From the NCBI GenBank assembly GCA_038740615.1, contig JAVYLQ010000001.1:1-64000 (forward strand): a stretch of DNA of 64,000 nt. The letters are read 5' to 3'. Positions 1 through 10,950 of this stretch are shown in pieces; positions within the stretch are counted from its first letter, which is position 1; each line of letters begins with the position of its first letter. Origin of the DNA: Candidatus Anstonellales archaeon (GTDB taxonomy: Archaea > Micrarchaeota > Micrarchaeia > Anstonellales > J096). The notes beneath the pieces are model-generated. The model was not told where the DNA came from, searched no databases, and was given only the letters and a program-made list of their open reading frames with translations. Made by a program: the position numbers and the translations under genes.

Positions 1-2
1 TA

Positions 3-1412
3 GAAACCCAAGAATATCTCGAATATAGAGCAAATGAATGGGACAGAACTCCTAGACCCTTTTCTGTCTATGAAGTTAGAGATAATCTAGAGAGATTGGC
101 GAGAGGAGAATTGAATAAATACACAATCGCGATCAGGGAATCTGAATCAAATGAATTATTGCAGATATTATTTGAGAATAAGGACAGATTTGATATAAGG
201 ATAAGAAAGGAATCTGGATCAGAATTAATAACCATAACAGTTCAGCCCAAAGATAATCGACAATTCCAAACTCAACAACTCTCTGATCAGAAGCCAGAAT
301 ATAAAGGTATGGATAGATCCCCAATTGTTGAAGCTCATAGAAACATATTCTACACATATGCAGGTAAGAGAATATATCCGAATCTTCTATTACCTCTCAC
401 ATATGACTACTTAAATCTCTATCACTCTAAGAATCAGAATTTTTTGAGGTTCTTTAATACACTCGATGATGATACCAAAATGCTATTCTTAAGCTATATC
501 GGAGGAATGTTTATTATGGAATATGCGCGACGTAATGGGGTATCTCCAAAACTTCTAAGAGTGGAAGAACAGGAACATAGATTAGCGCTGGCCCAATTCA
601 TCCAGAGGCTTAACATAGATGCTCATATTAATAGTTTCAGTAACAGACTTAAAAGAGCTCAAAATGATGCTGATATAATTTTAGAAAGAATAGATACAAT
701 CTCCGGAAATAGTTTAGAGAGATTAGTGGGAAGAGATGGGATTCAGCATCTAAGATTTGGATTAATTACAATGTTTATGGAATTTCAGTTCAATCGATCT
801 CATCTCATGGATTCTATGAAATATTTTAAATGGAGTAATGTATTAGATACTATAGATCTCATGAAATCTCTTGCTAATCAAGGTCATAGGCACGCTCCAT
901 CCAGGGACTTAGATCAGAAGCAGATAGCGTTACATGCAATATCTGCACATTTAGTGGGCAACATCATGAGGGTAAACCCTGGATTGCTACTAGCTACTAT
1001 AGCTCAGGAATCCAATTTCAGAGTCCATGTCCACAGTCTATATGGTAGAGGAGCTAGTCAGCAAACAGATCAGGGAGGAATACATACTCACTTTAATCCA
1101 TCATTATATAATACACATTTTAAGAAGTATGGTATTGATGCCACTTTTCTGACAATCATAATAAACAGTTCTATGTATGCTGATTATATTAGAGAGCTAC
1201 CTAGTAATTTTGAAGGGAATATAGCATTGCAATACTATTTTGCATCTATAACATATATTGGTAAAGCACGTAGATTCAACGTTGATCTTTGGAATGTTTC
1301 AGATACATACACTATAAGGAAATTAGCTGAATATTATAATGGGAGTCCTGAAAAAGTGAAATATGGCCTAGATGTTGCTAATAGTCCGTACATTAGATTT
1401 TCTAAGAAATAG
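3..1412 (+). CDS. 5'-truncated protein with C-terminal lytic transglycosylase (SLT)-like domain
   Basis: Frame is open from position 3 (ETQEYLEYR...), so the gene probably starts before the window. SLT-type motifs LLATIAQESNF (Glu codon 1008-1010), GRGASQ and LAEYYNGS. Confidence 0.65.
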   Translation, partial: ETQEYLEYRANEWDRTPRPFSVYEVRDNLERLARGELNKYTIAIRESESNELLQILFENKDRFDIRIRKESGSELITITVQPKDNRQFQTQQLSDQKPEYKGMDRSPIVEAHRNIFYTYAGKRIYPNLLLPLTYDYLNLYHSKNQNFLRFFNTLDDDTKMLFLSYIGGMFIMEYARRNGVSPKLLRVEEQEHRLALAQFIQRLNIDAHINSFSNRLKRAQNDADIILERIDTISGNSLERLVGRDGIQHLRFGLITMFMEFQFNRSHLMDSMKYFKWSNVLDTIDLMKSLANQGHRHAPSRDLDQKQIALHAISAHLVGNIMRVNPGLLLATIAQESNFRVHVHSLYGRGASQQTDQGGIHTHFNPSLYNTHFKKYGIDATFLTIIINSSMYADYIRELPSNFEGNIALQYYFASITYIGKARRFNVDLWNVSDTYTIRKLAEYYNGSPEKVKYGLDVANSPYIRFSKK

Positions 1413-2691
1413 TAACTGATACTACATTCATAGTAGGGAATAGTTTGTATTTTACTATCAGATAGTATACAATCGTTGTGACAATTAATATAATAGTCAT
1501 ATTCCATAATCCCAAATATTCTACCATTATATAACCAAACTTCATTGATAGAATCGTACCTAACCTGAGGACGAACATGTAATCGGTTGAGTTCTTATCC
1601 CTTACAGCATCGTCCTGAACATCCAACAGCAACTTCCTTATAAACACCGGGCCAATCATATTTAAACCGAAGGATAGTAGAATGAATGATAGTATATATA
1701 AACCTGCTAATCCTATAAATCCTCCTAATAACATTATAAATATACCAGTACCAATTAATCTATAATAATCCTTCTCATCCAACCATTTACTCGCCAATCG
1801 GATAGCTATCGCAGATAGAAGAGTATTTATAGATATAATTAATAGTACAGTATCGATATTTACATTCAGTTGAGTCATTAGAATCCATCCGAAAAGGTTT
1901 ATAGGAATGTATAGTATTAATATACTTATAAACAGGAGTGTAAACAGAATTGTTTTCCTATCAGATTTCAGGATTGTTATATTTTCCCATCTAAATCTAT
2001 CTAAATATACTATTAAGTATATCATGGCAGCTAATATTATAAATATAGGTTGAAGATTAACAATACCATAGATCAGACTCAAAAGGATAATCACAAACAG
2101 AAAGAGATTTCTTAATTCCAACTTGTTGATCTTATATGCTTTTAGAGCCTCTTCATCAAATCTATTTAAAAATATTAAAATCACGCCTAATATCGATATG
2201 ATGTGAATTGCTGTTATGAGAATAAATAGTTCCATAGAGATATACATAATAATTATCGGTATAAATACTGCTATCATTATCCATATTATATCAATATTTC
2301 CTAAATTCTTCCCAAGATTTTTACCATCTATCTTTGCTATTACGGAATTCAATAAGGGAAACAGAACTGAAAATGTAATCCCTTCCAGAATACCTCCAAT
2401 CAATAATATATTAGGATCATTAGTATATATTCCATAGAAAAGTATAGCTATTGCCCCTAAGAAATTGATCAAACTTAGAACAATTATCCTTTTCTTTCCA
2501 ATTATATTTTTCAGATAAAATAGAATTGGTGTAAACACTAGAGCAGATGCTAAAAACAGCAGGTTAAACTCAATTATTAGATTTGGTAATCCTAATTCTT
2601 TTGATATATACAGAACATAATTATTGACCAGAGTGGAATAGAATGCGATAAAGAGATGGATCCCGAAAATAGCTATAAGAACAGGTTTCAT
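1402..2691 (-). CDS. MFS-type transporter
   Basis: 429 aa with about 12 hydrophobic segments in two halves; GKKR loop after TM2. Confidence 0.75.
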   Translation of the reverse strand: MKPVLIAIFGIHLFIAFYSTLVNNYVLYISKELGLPNLIIEFNLLFLASALVFTPILFYLKNIIGKKRIIVLSLINFLGAIAILFYGIYTNDPNILLIGGILEGITFSVLFPLLNSVIAKIDGKNLGKNLGNIDIIWIMIAVFIPIIIMYISMELFILITAIHIISILGVILIFLNRFDEEALKAYKINKLELRNLFLFVIILLSLIYGIVNLQPIFIILAAMIYLIVYLDRFRWENITILKSDRKTILFTLLFISILILYIPINLFGWILMTQLNVNIDTVLLIISINTLLSAIAIRLASKWLDEKDYYRLIGTGIFIMLLGGFIGLAGLYILSFILLSFGLNMIGPVFIRKLLLDVQDDAVRDKNSTDYMFVLRLGTILSMKFGYIMVEYLGLWNMTIILIVTTIVYYLIVKYKLFPTMNVVSVTIS

Positions 2692-2762
2692 AACAGGTCG
2701 CTTGTTTGTACTTATATCTAATGATAGTTTTAAAATATTATATGATTAATCTTTATAGCGAT

Positions 2763-2836
2763 GCCTTGGTAGCTCAGATAGGTAGAGCGCACGCTTGGTA
2801 AGCGTGAGGTCGCGGGTTCAAATCCCGCCCAAGGCT
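2763..2836 (+). tRNA. tRNA-Thr(GGT), no intron, CCA not encoded
   Basis: GCCTTGG/CCAAGGC acceptor stem, anticodon arm CACGC-TT-GGT-AA-GCGTG, GGTTCAAATCC T arm. Confidence 0.97.
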
Positions 2837-2873
2837 CTACAAATTTTAAAAACATATACTTGCTAGGCATATT

Positions 2874-4034
2874 ATGGATACTTTTGTAAATGAGTTTTTA
2901 GGAGCGACAAGAGACAGATTCTGGAGAACTAAGTTTATGGAAATATATGATAGATTGGATGAATCTTCAAAACAGAAGCTTCATAAGGTTATGAAATACT
3001 TGGTTGATAATAAAATAAAATTCGATCATATGGAGCCCAATAAATTCTTAGAATTTGCTATTGTTGATGGTGAGAATCTGGTGAAGTATCTGAGATTTTC
3101 ACAATTCTATTCCAAGTTTGATCCCATTCTAGAGCGAAGCTTTTTCAGAGATGTAGTATTGAGAGAGATGATAATAAGTATTTTAGAGATTTGGGAGGCA
3201 TATCTTAAAGATACTACAACTAGAGATAGTTTGGATTTGAGTTATGATTTCTCAAAGATTGTTGATAGCATCGTCTCAGGCTATGGTAAGGATCATGATC
3301 TAACTTCTGCCATGAATCTCTTTTGGTATGTTAATAGAAAAATACAAGACATACCTCCAAACATAAATTTGAGAATATTGGGATATATATTATCATACAA
3401 ACCAAAGATAGAGAATGTTATTGAAAATATATACACTACTCCGGTGGAGCTGAGACCATATATGATTAGAAAACTACTATTGTGGACAGATGCACCTAAG
3501 GAATACGAGACAAAAATGCAGAGACTGCAAAATCTGTTTGATCTAAACAGATATAATAATATTAAAAGAATATATGATGTGGTGTTGAAAGGAGAGATTG
3601 ATAAGCGAGTTTTAGCAGGTATAGAAGGAAAAGATACGTACGTGTACGAGCTAAAAATATTATTAAGCAAATATACTAATGATCCTGTTGAAGCTATGTT
3701 AAATATTCTTGATAAAACCAAGAAGGAGGTAGATTTGAAAATTTTCAAAATCAAGCTGTATTATAAATTGGATTTGCGAGAATTGGAGTATAAGCTTCGG
3801 ACTCTCAGTAGATCTGGAAGATATAGATTGGATCCAGAGGTATTTCTAGACGATACTCTACTGTTTGATAGAATTAACAGTTTCAGTAGAATATTTAAGA
3901 TGTTCTTCAGAGAGAGTAGAAAAGGTATGGAAGATATAATTAGTAGAAGAATTACATACAGAGAACTGATATCAAAATTGAATGGGAACTTGAATAATAA
4001 TATAAATAGACCTGAATTGTTGTATAGATTTTAA
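2874..4034 (+). CDS. hypothetical protein, likely alpha-helical
   Basis: 386 aa ORF with a TTTAAA box just upstream; no motif recognised. Confidence 0.6.
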   Translation: MDTFVNEFLGATRDRFWRTKFMEIYDRLDESSKQKLHKVMKYLVDNKIKFDHMEPNKFLEFAIVDGENLVKYLRFSQFYSKFDPILERSFFRDVVLREMIISILEIWEAYLKDTTTRDSLDLSYDFSKIVDSIVSGYGKDHDLTSAMNLFWYVNRKIQDIPPNINLRILGYILSYKPKIENVIENIYTTPVELRPYMIRKLLLWTDAPKEYETKMQRLQNLFDLNRYNNIKRIYDVVLKGEIDKRVLAGIEGKDTYVYELKILLSKYTNDPVEAMLNILDKTKKEVDLKIFKIKLYYKLDLRELEYKLRTLSRSGRYRLDPEVFLDDTLLFDRINSFSRIFKMFFRESRKGMEDIISRRITYRELISKLNGNLNNNINRPELLYRF

Positions 4035-4058
4035 AAACTATTTAACAATATTTAAAAA

Positions 4059-4766
4059 ATGATAGTATTCTGGGATTTAGATGGAACGATTAGGAAGAAT
4101 GCTGAGCTTAGCTACGAAGCAGCTAGAATAACTCTAAACAGATATTTTCCAGATTTAAGACTCAAATCAAATGATGCTGAAGAGATCTATTTCTATTGGA
4201 ATCTAGCGACATTTTTAGCTATCAAAAATGGAAAGAATGTATTCCAAGAATTTCTAAGGATCATAACTGATAAGAACGATTATGATAGAGATCTCTTAAG
4301 ATTAGCGGCTGACTATGCAAAGAGTTATGTACATCAGAGAATAGAGAATCTCCCACCATACGAATTTACTGAACAGGCGCTGAAATTAACATCTGATTTC
4401 AGAAATGGTATAATAAGTCATGCCAAAGCTGGTTCTACCAAAATCTGGTTGAGAAATTGTGGGTTGGATCGCTATTTTGATAGTAATCTGATATTCGATG
4501 GTGTACATGAGAAAGCAGATTACATGAGAGGTGATTTTATATATATAGGAGATTCAATTGCAGATCTGTATTCATTCCTCTTATCATTATCTAGAGGAAA
4601 TAATGGATTGCTCTATATGATAAAGGGTTATAGATATGGGAAATACAGGGATGAGCTTCTAGAGGAATTTGATAAAACTGGTAATATAAATTCAAAGATA
4701 ATTGATGTGGAGAATGCACTAGAGGCAGCTGAAAGGATCTCTAGCTATGAAGGTCTGAGGCTATAA
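4059..4766 (+). CDS. HAD-superfamily hydrolase
   Basis: N-terminal WDLDGT motif I and YIGDSIAD motif IV. Confidence 0.85.
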   Translation: MIVFWDLDGTIRKNAELSYEAARITLNRYFPDLRLKSNDAEEIYFYWNLATFLAIKNGKNVFQEFLRIITDKNDYDRDLLRLAADYAKSYVHQRIENLPPYEFTEQALKLTSDFRNGIISHAKAGSTKIWLRNCGLDRYFDSNLIFDGVHEKADYMRGDFIYIGDSIADLYSFLLSLSRGNNGLLYMIKGYRYGKYRDELLEEFDKTGNINSKIIDVENALEAAERISSYEGLRL

Positions 4767-4811
4767 ACTATTTAAAAACTATCATATTTTAAACAAAACA
4801 GGTGTATATGC

Positions 4812-7007
4812 ATGGCTAGGAAAGAGTATGTTGTTGAAGAAGTAGTAAAGATTATGAGCAATATAGAGAATGTTAGGAATATAGCTATCATAGCTCATGT
4901 GGATCACGGAAAGTCAACATTGACAGATAGTCTGGTGGCTAGAGCAGGATTGATAAGCAAAGAATTAGCTGGGGAGCAGAGGATATTGGATTTTGAAGAG
5001 TTAGAACAGAAGAGAGGAATCACTATAAAAGCTGCTAACATAAGTCTTGGATTCAATTTCAGAGGCAAAGATTATGTGATAAATCTTATCGATACCCCTG
5101 GTCACGTAGATTTTGGAGGCCATGTTACGAGAGCACTTAGAGCAGTAGATGGGGTTATATTGGTTGTAGATTCAGTAGAAGGGGTCATGCCACAGACTGA
5201 AACAGTACTGAGGCAGGCTCTAAAAGAACGGGCAAAACCAGTAGTATTCATAAATAAAGTAGATAGACTTATAAATGAGTTAAAATTAGATCCAAAACAG
5301 ATGATGGATAGAATTGGGAGAATAATAAGTAATATTAACAAGATCATAGATAGTGCTGCTCCACCAGAGTTTAAGAGCAGTTGGAAAGTTAGTGTAGAGG
5401 CTGGAACCGTAGCAATAGGATCTGCATTCAACAAATGGGCCCTGAGTCTACCTTACTTAAAAGAGAAGGGTATATCGTTCCAGAAGCTCTATGAGCTAGT
5501 ACAACAGGAGAAGAAAAAAGAGGCAATTGAATTAGCTCCGCTCGATGAGGTAATTTTGGGAATGGTGATACAACATTTACCTAACCCTAGAAAAGCCCAA
5601 GAGTATAGAATAAAACACTTATGGCATGGAGATTATGAATCTCCTGTAGGGAAGAGTATGTTGAACTGTGATCCAAACGGTCCGTTGGTAGGAGTGGTTA
5701 TTGGTGTAGTTCATGATAAGAATGCTGGGGAGATTTCTGTACTCAGACTATTTTCTGGAAAAGTTCAGAAAGGTCAAGATGTTTATGTGATATCCAGGAA
5801 TGAGTTAACGAAAATACAACAGGTAGCAATATACATGGGTCCTGATAGGGTTAGTGTTGATAGTGTGATAGCTGGTAATATCGCTGCAGTGATTGGGGTC
5901 AAAGATGTGTTTATAGGTGAAACAGTATCCTCTCAAGTTATAGAGCCTTTCGAACAGATCAAGCATTATTCAGAGCCTGTAGTTACTAAATCAGTAGAAC
6001 CTAAGAACAGCATGGATCTAGCAAAATTAATAGATGTACTAAAACAACTATCCAGAGAGGATCCCACTCTTAAAGTAGAGATAAACCATGAGACAGGAGA
6101 ATATTTAATATCTGGAATGGGTGAACTACATCTGGAGATAGTGGAACATAAAATAAAGAATGAACAGGGTGTAGATATAGTTGTATCTCCTCCAATAGTT
6201 GTTTACAGGGAGACTATAAAGAATGATCTTAAAGAACCTGTTGAAAGCAAGAGTCCTAATAAACACAATAGATTTTACATAGTAGTAGAGAAACTACCTG
6301 ATGAAGTAAGAAAGTGGATAGTCGAACAGGGTTTCATGGGTGGAAAAATCAAGAATGTGGATTATGTTGTTAAGAAACTGATTGAGTTAGGGATGGATAG
6401 GGATGAAGCAAAGAATTTCTGGAGTATATACGATGGTAATATTCTAATAAATGCTACTAAAGGAATACAGTATTTGAATGAGACGCAGGAATTGATTATA
6501 CAAGGATTTATAGAGGCCATGCAAAAAGGACCTCTTGCCCAGGAGAAAGTTGTTGGGGTAAAGGTCAAGCTCGTAGATGCTATGCTTCATGAGGATCATG
6601 TTCACAGAGGACCTGCTCAGGTTATACCTGCTGTGAAAAGAGGAATATATGCTGCCATGATCAAAGCGGGTACTACACTATTAGAGCCTAAACAGAAAGT
6701 ACTATTCCAGATCCCTCATGAATACGCTGGACCTATATTAAATATAGTGAATGGAAAGAGAGGGCAATTGTTAGATATGCAGCAGGATGAGGAGAGTACT
6801 ACTATCATAGCAATATTCCCTGTTGCAGAGATGTTCGGATTCAGTAATGAAGTTCGAGGTGCATCACAGGGGAGAGCACTCTGGTATCCTGAATATTGGG
6901 GTTTTGAGGAAATACCCAGGGATCTTCTAGATAGAACTGTGAGACAAATTAGAGAGAGAAAAGGATTACCTCCAGAACCACCTACAGTAGAAGTATTTTT
7001 AGAGTAA
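4812..7007 (+). CDS. fusA: translation elongation factor aEF-2
   Basis: AHVDHGKST, RGITI, DTPGH, NKVD, GMGELHLE; diphthamide loop HEDHVHRGPAQ. Confidence 0.98.
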   Translation: MARKEYVVEEVVKIMSNIENVRNIAIIAHVDHGKSTLTDSLVARAGLISKELAGEQRILDFEELEQKRGITIKAANISLGFNFRGKDYVINLIDTPGHVDFGGHVTRALRAVDGVILVVDSVEGVMPQTETVLRQALKERAKPVVFINKVDRLINELKLDPKQMMDRIGRIISNINKIIDSAAPPEFKSSWKVSVEAGTVAIGSAFNKWALSLPYLKEKGISFQKLYELVQQEKKKEAIELAPLDEVILGMVIQHLPNPRKAQEYRIKHLWHGDYESPVGKSMLNCDPNGPLVGVVIGVVHDKNAGEISVLRLFSGKVQKGQDVYVISRNELTKIQQVAIYMGPDRVSVDSVIAGNIAAVIGVKDVFIGETVSSQVIEPFEQIKHYSEPVVTKSVEPKNSMDLAKLIDVLKQLSREDPTLKVEINHETGEYLISGMGELHLEIVEHKIKNEQGVDIVVSPPIVVYRETIKNDLKEPVESKSPNKHNRFYIVVEKLPDEVRKWIVEQGFMGGKIKNVDYVVKKLIELGMDRDEAKNFWSIYDGNILINATKGIQYLNETQELIIQGFIEAMQKGPLAQEKVVGVKVKLVDAMLHEDHVHRGPAQVIPAVKRGIYAAMIKAGTTLLEPKQKVLFQIPHEYAGPILNIVNGKRGQLLDMQQDEESTTIIAIFPVAEMFGFSNEVRGASQGRALWYPEYWGFEEIPRDLLDRTVRQIRERKGLPPEPPTVEVFLE

Positions 7008-7009
7008 TC

Positions 7010-8143
7010 ATGGATCCAAAAGAATATGAGTTCCAGAAGATTATAAAGCGAATTAAGCAACTGAAAGGCACTGGAACTCAGTTGGTTAGTGTCTACATCC
7101 CTGCAGAGTATCCAATATCAGAAATAGCCAATAGATTAAGATCTGAAATTAGCCAAGCGGAGAATATAAAATCCAAACAGACTAGAACTAAAGTTATAGG
7201 AGCGCTTGAGAGAATTCTAAACGCTCTTAAGGGATTCAAACAGACCCCTCCTAATGGACTGGTGATCTTCGCAGGTGATGTGTCTGAGGATCCATCTAAA
7301 GAGAATATAATAACAATAACTCTAGAGCCGATTAAGAGATTGAATCAGAGTATATACAGATGTGATTCTACATTCTATACCGAACCTCTGGATAGCATGT
7401 TACAGCAGAGGGATAAATATGGAGTAGTTGTATTAGATGGTAGAGAAGCCACACTCGCCCTGCTAGATGGATCAAACTTCTATATACTTGATGAGATAGA
7501 AAGTCATGCACATGCCAAAGTGAGAAAAGGGGGGCAATCTGCTAGAAGATATGAGAGATTAATTGAAGAGCAAACTGAATACTACTACAAGAAAGTGGCA
7601 GAGGCTATGGATACACACTATCTAAATAAGGTTAAAGGGATAATCATAGGTGGACCTGGGCCAACAAAAGAGTATTTTGTAGATGCCAAATACTACAACT
7701 ATCAGCATAAGATTCTAGGAATTGTTGATACTGGTTATACTGGAATTGAAGGTGTAAGGGAAGCTATTGAAAAAGGAAAGGATCTTATCCAAGAGCAGGA
7801 GATGATAGTAGAAATGAGAGAGATAAATAGATTTATAAAGGAAGTTGTGAATGGTGGTAAGGCTGTGTATGGTTTGGAGGATACTATTCAAATGATAAAT
7901 ACTAGAAGGGCTGAGTTAGTGTTAGTATCATCTAGACTAGATATAAAAGTTTACAAGGATCAATCTGGACAGATAAGTTTCAATCCAATTGATAATCCAA
8001 AGGAAGTTTTAGATATACAGGATTATATTTATGAGTTATGTGTAGAAAATGGAGTAAATGTGCTAATCATATCTAGTAACTCACATGAAGCAGATATATT
8101 CTTAAATACATTTGGGGGTATAGGTGCTATATTAAGATACTAA
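7010..8143 (+). CDS. prf1: peptide chain release factor aRF1
   Basis: NIKS, YRCDS and GGQS motifs; C-terminal FGGIGAILRY. Confidence 0.97.
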   Translation: MDPKEYEFQKIIKRIKQLKGTGTQLVSVYIPAEYPISEIANRLRSEISQAENIKSKQTRTKVIGALERILNALKGFKQTPPNGLVIFAGDVSEDPSKENIITITLEPIKRLNQSIYRCDSTFYTEPLDSMLQQRDKYGVVVLDGREATLALLDGSNFYILDEIESHAHAKVRKGGQSARRYERLIEEQTEYYYKKVAEAMDTHYLNKVKGIIIGGPGPTKEYFVDAKYYNYQHKILGIVDTGYTGIEGVREAIEKGKDLIQEQEMIVEMREINRFIKEVVNGGKAVYGLEDTIQMINTRRAELVLVSSRLDIKVYKDQSGQISFNPIDNPKEVLDIQDYIYELCVENGVNVLIISSNSHEADIFLNTFGGIGAILRY

Positions 8144-8156
8144 CAGAGAGGATTTT

Positions 8157-9431
8157 TTATTCCCCGTCTCCTCCATCACTATCTGCACCTCCAACGTCAG
8201 ACACTTCTCCATCACTACTCTCATGATGTTCTGATGACATTATGTCTGTTTGAATATTCTTTATCATTTCTATCAATTTCTTACGATCAATTTTACCATA
8301 ATTTTTCTCATGAAGTATCTGGAGCTTGGCTAAATCTTCTAAAATACGTTTTAGAGTTTCAACCAATTTGCTCTGATCAGTAACTAGTAAATACACATTT
8401 GGCATAACATATGGTGACTGGATATTGGGTATAAATACATAATATGGATTAGTCTCCAATATTCCTTTATCTCTCATATCAGACACTATCAATCCTATGG
8501 CTGGTAGTCTTCTGAATTGCTTAAACATATCTACATGTTTTTCTAGAGCTTCTCTCCAACCTCTAATGTATACAATAGTATCAAGTTTATCGTCATCATT
8601 CGAGTCCTTACGTAATCCTGGATATGGTCTTATAGTTATCCTATCTTCAGAATCAGAATAACTCATATTCGCTATTTTAGTGAGATGGTTAAGATGTTCC
8701 AGGAATGCACCATTTATATGATTATGAATGCCTCCAACTCTATCCATATCCAATATCCTTGCCCTGTATATCTCTTTAAATTTTAATAATTCACCATCAG
8801 AACTCGCCTCTACTAGTTCGTGAATAGTATCTACATCAAAAATGCCTAGTGTATGTCTTTTAGGTCGCTCTTTTCTAATTCGCTTCCTTCTCTTACCAGT
8901 AACTACCCTATTAACTCTATATAGCTCAAAATCATCCGAGCCATACTCTTGCATAGAGAGAATATGATAATGAGTATTTCCTGTAAGATCAGGCTCTTGG
9001 TGTTCTAATCTAAATCCAAGTATAATAAGAGCTCTACTTAGCTCATGCATAAGACCCATCCTACTAGATACAAATCTCTCATCAGTAGCAAAATCAATGA
9101 ATTCCAACAGTCCCGGTACATTTTCTAATCTAATTCCCGACATAGGATCAGGTAATTCTGCGGATGATAAATAGAATCTAGGGTATACATATCTAGGTCC
9201 GGAGATCGTTTTAAGCTGACCTATTGGTTCAAGAGAAACTGCATAATCTAGCCGGGTTCTCAAACCATATTTCATTTGTATCTGAAGTTTGTACTTTCTC
9301 TTACCCACTCTAAGAGCATCTCCACCAAGATCTATAGAGGTAGATCTAGTAACAATATTTCTCACATTATCATATAATACTACATTATCATCCGCATATA
9401 TATTTGGAAATCTTTTTTGAATCTGAACCAT
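8157..9431 (-). CDS. hypothetical protein with acidic Gly/Asp/Ser tail
   Basis: 424 aa ORF downstream of rpoD; no family recognised. Confidence 0.55.
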   Translation of the reverse strand: MVQIQKRFPNIYADDNVVLYDNVRNIVTRSTSIDLGGDALRVGKRKYKLQIQMKYGLRTRLDYAVSLEPIGQLKTISGPRYVYPRFYLSSAELPDPMSGIRLENVPGLLEFIDFATDERFVSSRMGLMHELSRALIILGFRLEHQEPDLTGNTHYHILSMQEYGSDDFELYRVNRVVTGKRRKRIRKERPKRHTLGIFDVDTIHELVEASSDGELLKFKEIYRARILDMDRVGGIHNHINGAFLEHLNHLTKIANMSYSDSEDRITIRPYPGLRKDSNDDDKLDTIVYIRGWREALEKHVDMFKQFRRLPAIGLIVSDMRDKGILETNPYYVFIPNIQSPYVMPNVYLLVTDQSKLVETLKRILEDLAKLQILHEKNYGKIDRKKLIEMIKNIQTDIMSSEHHESSDGEVSDVGGADSDGGDGE

Positions 9432-9452
9432 TAATTTATATTTAATAAAAAT

Positions 9453-10049
9453 CTATAAAAATGTTTTGAATATCTCTACATCCTTTCTCATGTATTCTAA
9501 TGCTCTTTCTAACAATTCTCTGGCCGAGTAGTGGTATAATGTTTCTACAAACATCTTATAGGTATTTGAATCTATCTGTTCATAAGAAGCTATTGCAGTC
9601 TGGAATTTAGCATGTTTAAATCCTATTCCAGGCCTAATGATCAATTCCACATCAATCTCCTGTCCTGGTAATAGATCAATTATTTCATAACCTCTTCTAA
9701 TCTTTGTACCATTAGGATAATATTCTGCAATACTTACTTCTGAACTTTCAAATAGGATATCCTTGTGGGTTAATTCTAATATTGATTTGGTGGCTGAATG
9801 GTTTAAATACCCTCTATATTCTGGAGAAGGATTTCTTGAGACTATTCTTATAGGCAACATTCCTAGTCTATGTGCTATGTATTCTATAGGATACGCAGTA
9901 GTATTCTTTCTAACTAGTATCGAATCGATAGCATATACAGGCACCCTTCCCATTAAGTACTTTCTGAGTAAATTGGCCTCTCTGAAATCCCCCTCTAATA
10001 TAAACTCAGCATAGAATTCATCTCTGTAAGTAATATCTCTAATCTTCAT
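9453..10049 (-). CDS. rpoD: RNA polymerase subunit D (Rpo3), short form without Fe-S domain
   Basis: ANLLRK...[24 protein letters not shown]; follows rps11. Confidence 0.9.
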   Translation of the reverse strand: MKIRDITYRDEFYAEFILEGDFREANLLRKYLMGRVPVYAIDSILVRKNTTAYPIEYIAHRLGMLPIRIVSRNPSPEYRGYLNHSATKSILELTHKDILFESSEVSIAEYYPNGTKIRRGYEIIDLLPGQEIDVELIIRPGIGFKHAKFQTAIASYEQIDSNTYKMFVETLYHYSARELLERALEYMRKDVEIFKTFL

Positions 10050-10432
10050 ACTCTTCTTCCTCTCCTTCCCCCTTTTCTTCGTATACTGTCAGTAGGGATT
10101 GGTGTTACATCCTCTATTCTAAGTATTCTAAGACCTGATCTGGAGAATACTCTAACTGCTGCATTTGCACCAGGCCCTGGAATCTTGGATCTATTACCTC
10201 CAGGAGCTCTTATTTTTATAATAATCTCCTCCACTCCAAGATTCTTTAGATCGCTCACTACCTTGGATGCTGCTTGCATAGCTGCATATGGTTTTCCCTC
10301 TTCTCTGTCAGCATCTACAATTCTTCCTCCACTACTCCAGCTCAATGTTTCTGCCCCACTAATATCTGTAGCTGTAATGATAGTATCATTCTTTGATGAA
10401 TATATACGAATAACTGCCACCTTTTTAGCCAT
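10046..10432 (-). CDS. rps11: 30S ribosomal protein S11
   Basis: [31 protein letters not shown]. Confidence 0.97.
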   Translation of the reverse strand: MAKKVAVIRIYSSKNDTIITATDISGAETLSWSSGGRIVDADREEGKPYAAMQAASKVVSDLKNLGVEEIIIKIRAPGGNRSKIPGPGANAAVRVFSRSGLRILRIEDVTPIPTDSIRRKGGRRGRRV

Positions 10433-10937
10433 TATTCTTCACCTCCTGTTTAGACTCTTGAGTACCAGGATTGTAAGGTTTATACCAATTTATCATCTTC
10501 TCCTTTTCCCTATCAATAAGTGCAGAAGGAGAAGTTACTCTGTTATTTCCCACAGCTATATATCCATGAACTATTAACTGTCTAGCATGTTTGATAGATT
10601 TTGCAAATCCCTTCCTATAAACTATAGTTTGCAACCTTCGTTCTAAAACAGACTCTACCTTCAAAGACAGAATATCATCGATTTTACTATTTTCAGCTAA
10701 TATATTATACTTCACCAATTTATCGATTAATATCTTTTCCTTTGCAGCTCTAATTTCAGGAGGAAGTGCTAATAGTTTTCTAGCCTGTGCTCTTGCATTT
10801 CTTAAGAATGCTCTAGCTATCCAAAGCTCTCTCATATTTTTCAATCCGTACTTGTTTTTCAATCTACTCTCCTCTCTGATTCTATACAAATCAAACAGCC
10901 TCTTTGGTTTCTGATATTTCTTATGTAATTTTCTCAT
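10425..10937 (-). CDS. rps4: 30S ribosomal protein S4
   Basis: [27 protein letters not shown]. Confidence 0.96.
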   Translation of the reverse strand: MRKLHKKYQKPKRLFDLYRIREESRLKNKYGLKNMRELWIARAFLRNARAQARKLLALPPEIRAAKEKILIDKLVKYNILAENSKIDDILSLKVESVLERRLQTIVYRKGFAKSIKHARQLIVHGYIAVGNNRVTSPSALIDREKEKMINWYKPYNPGTQESKQEVKNNG

Positions 10938-10950
10938 CTATTACCCACCC

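Noticed and set aside
2763..4766. Integrated element at tRNA-Thr
   Set aside because: No integrase and no repeat of the tRNA 3' end was seen in the window.
6580..6630. Possible loss of the diphthamide site in EF-2
   Set aside because: The target His in HRGPAQ is intact.
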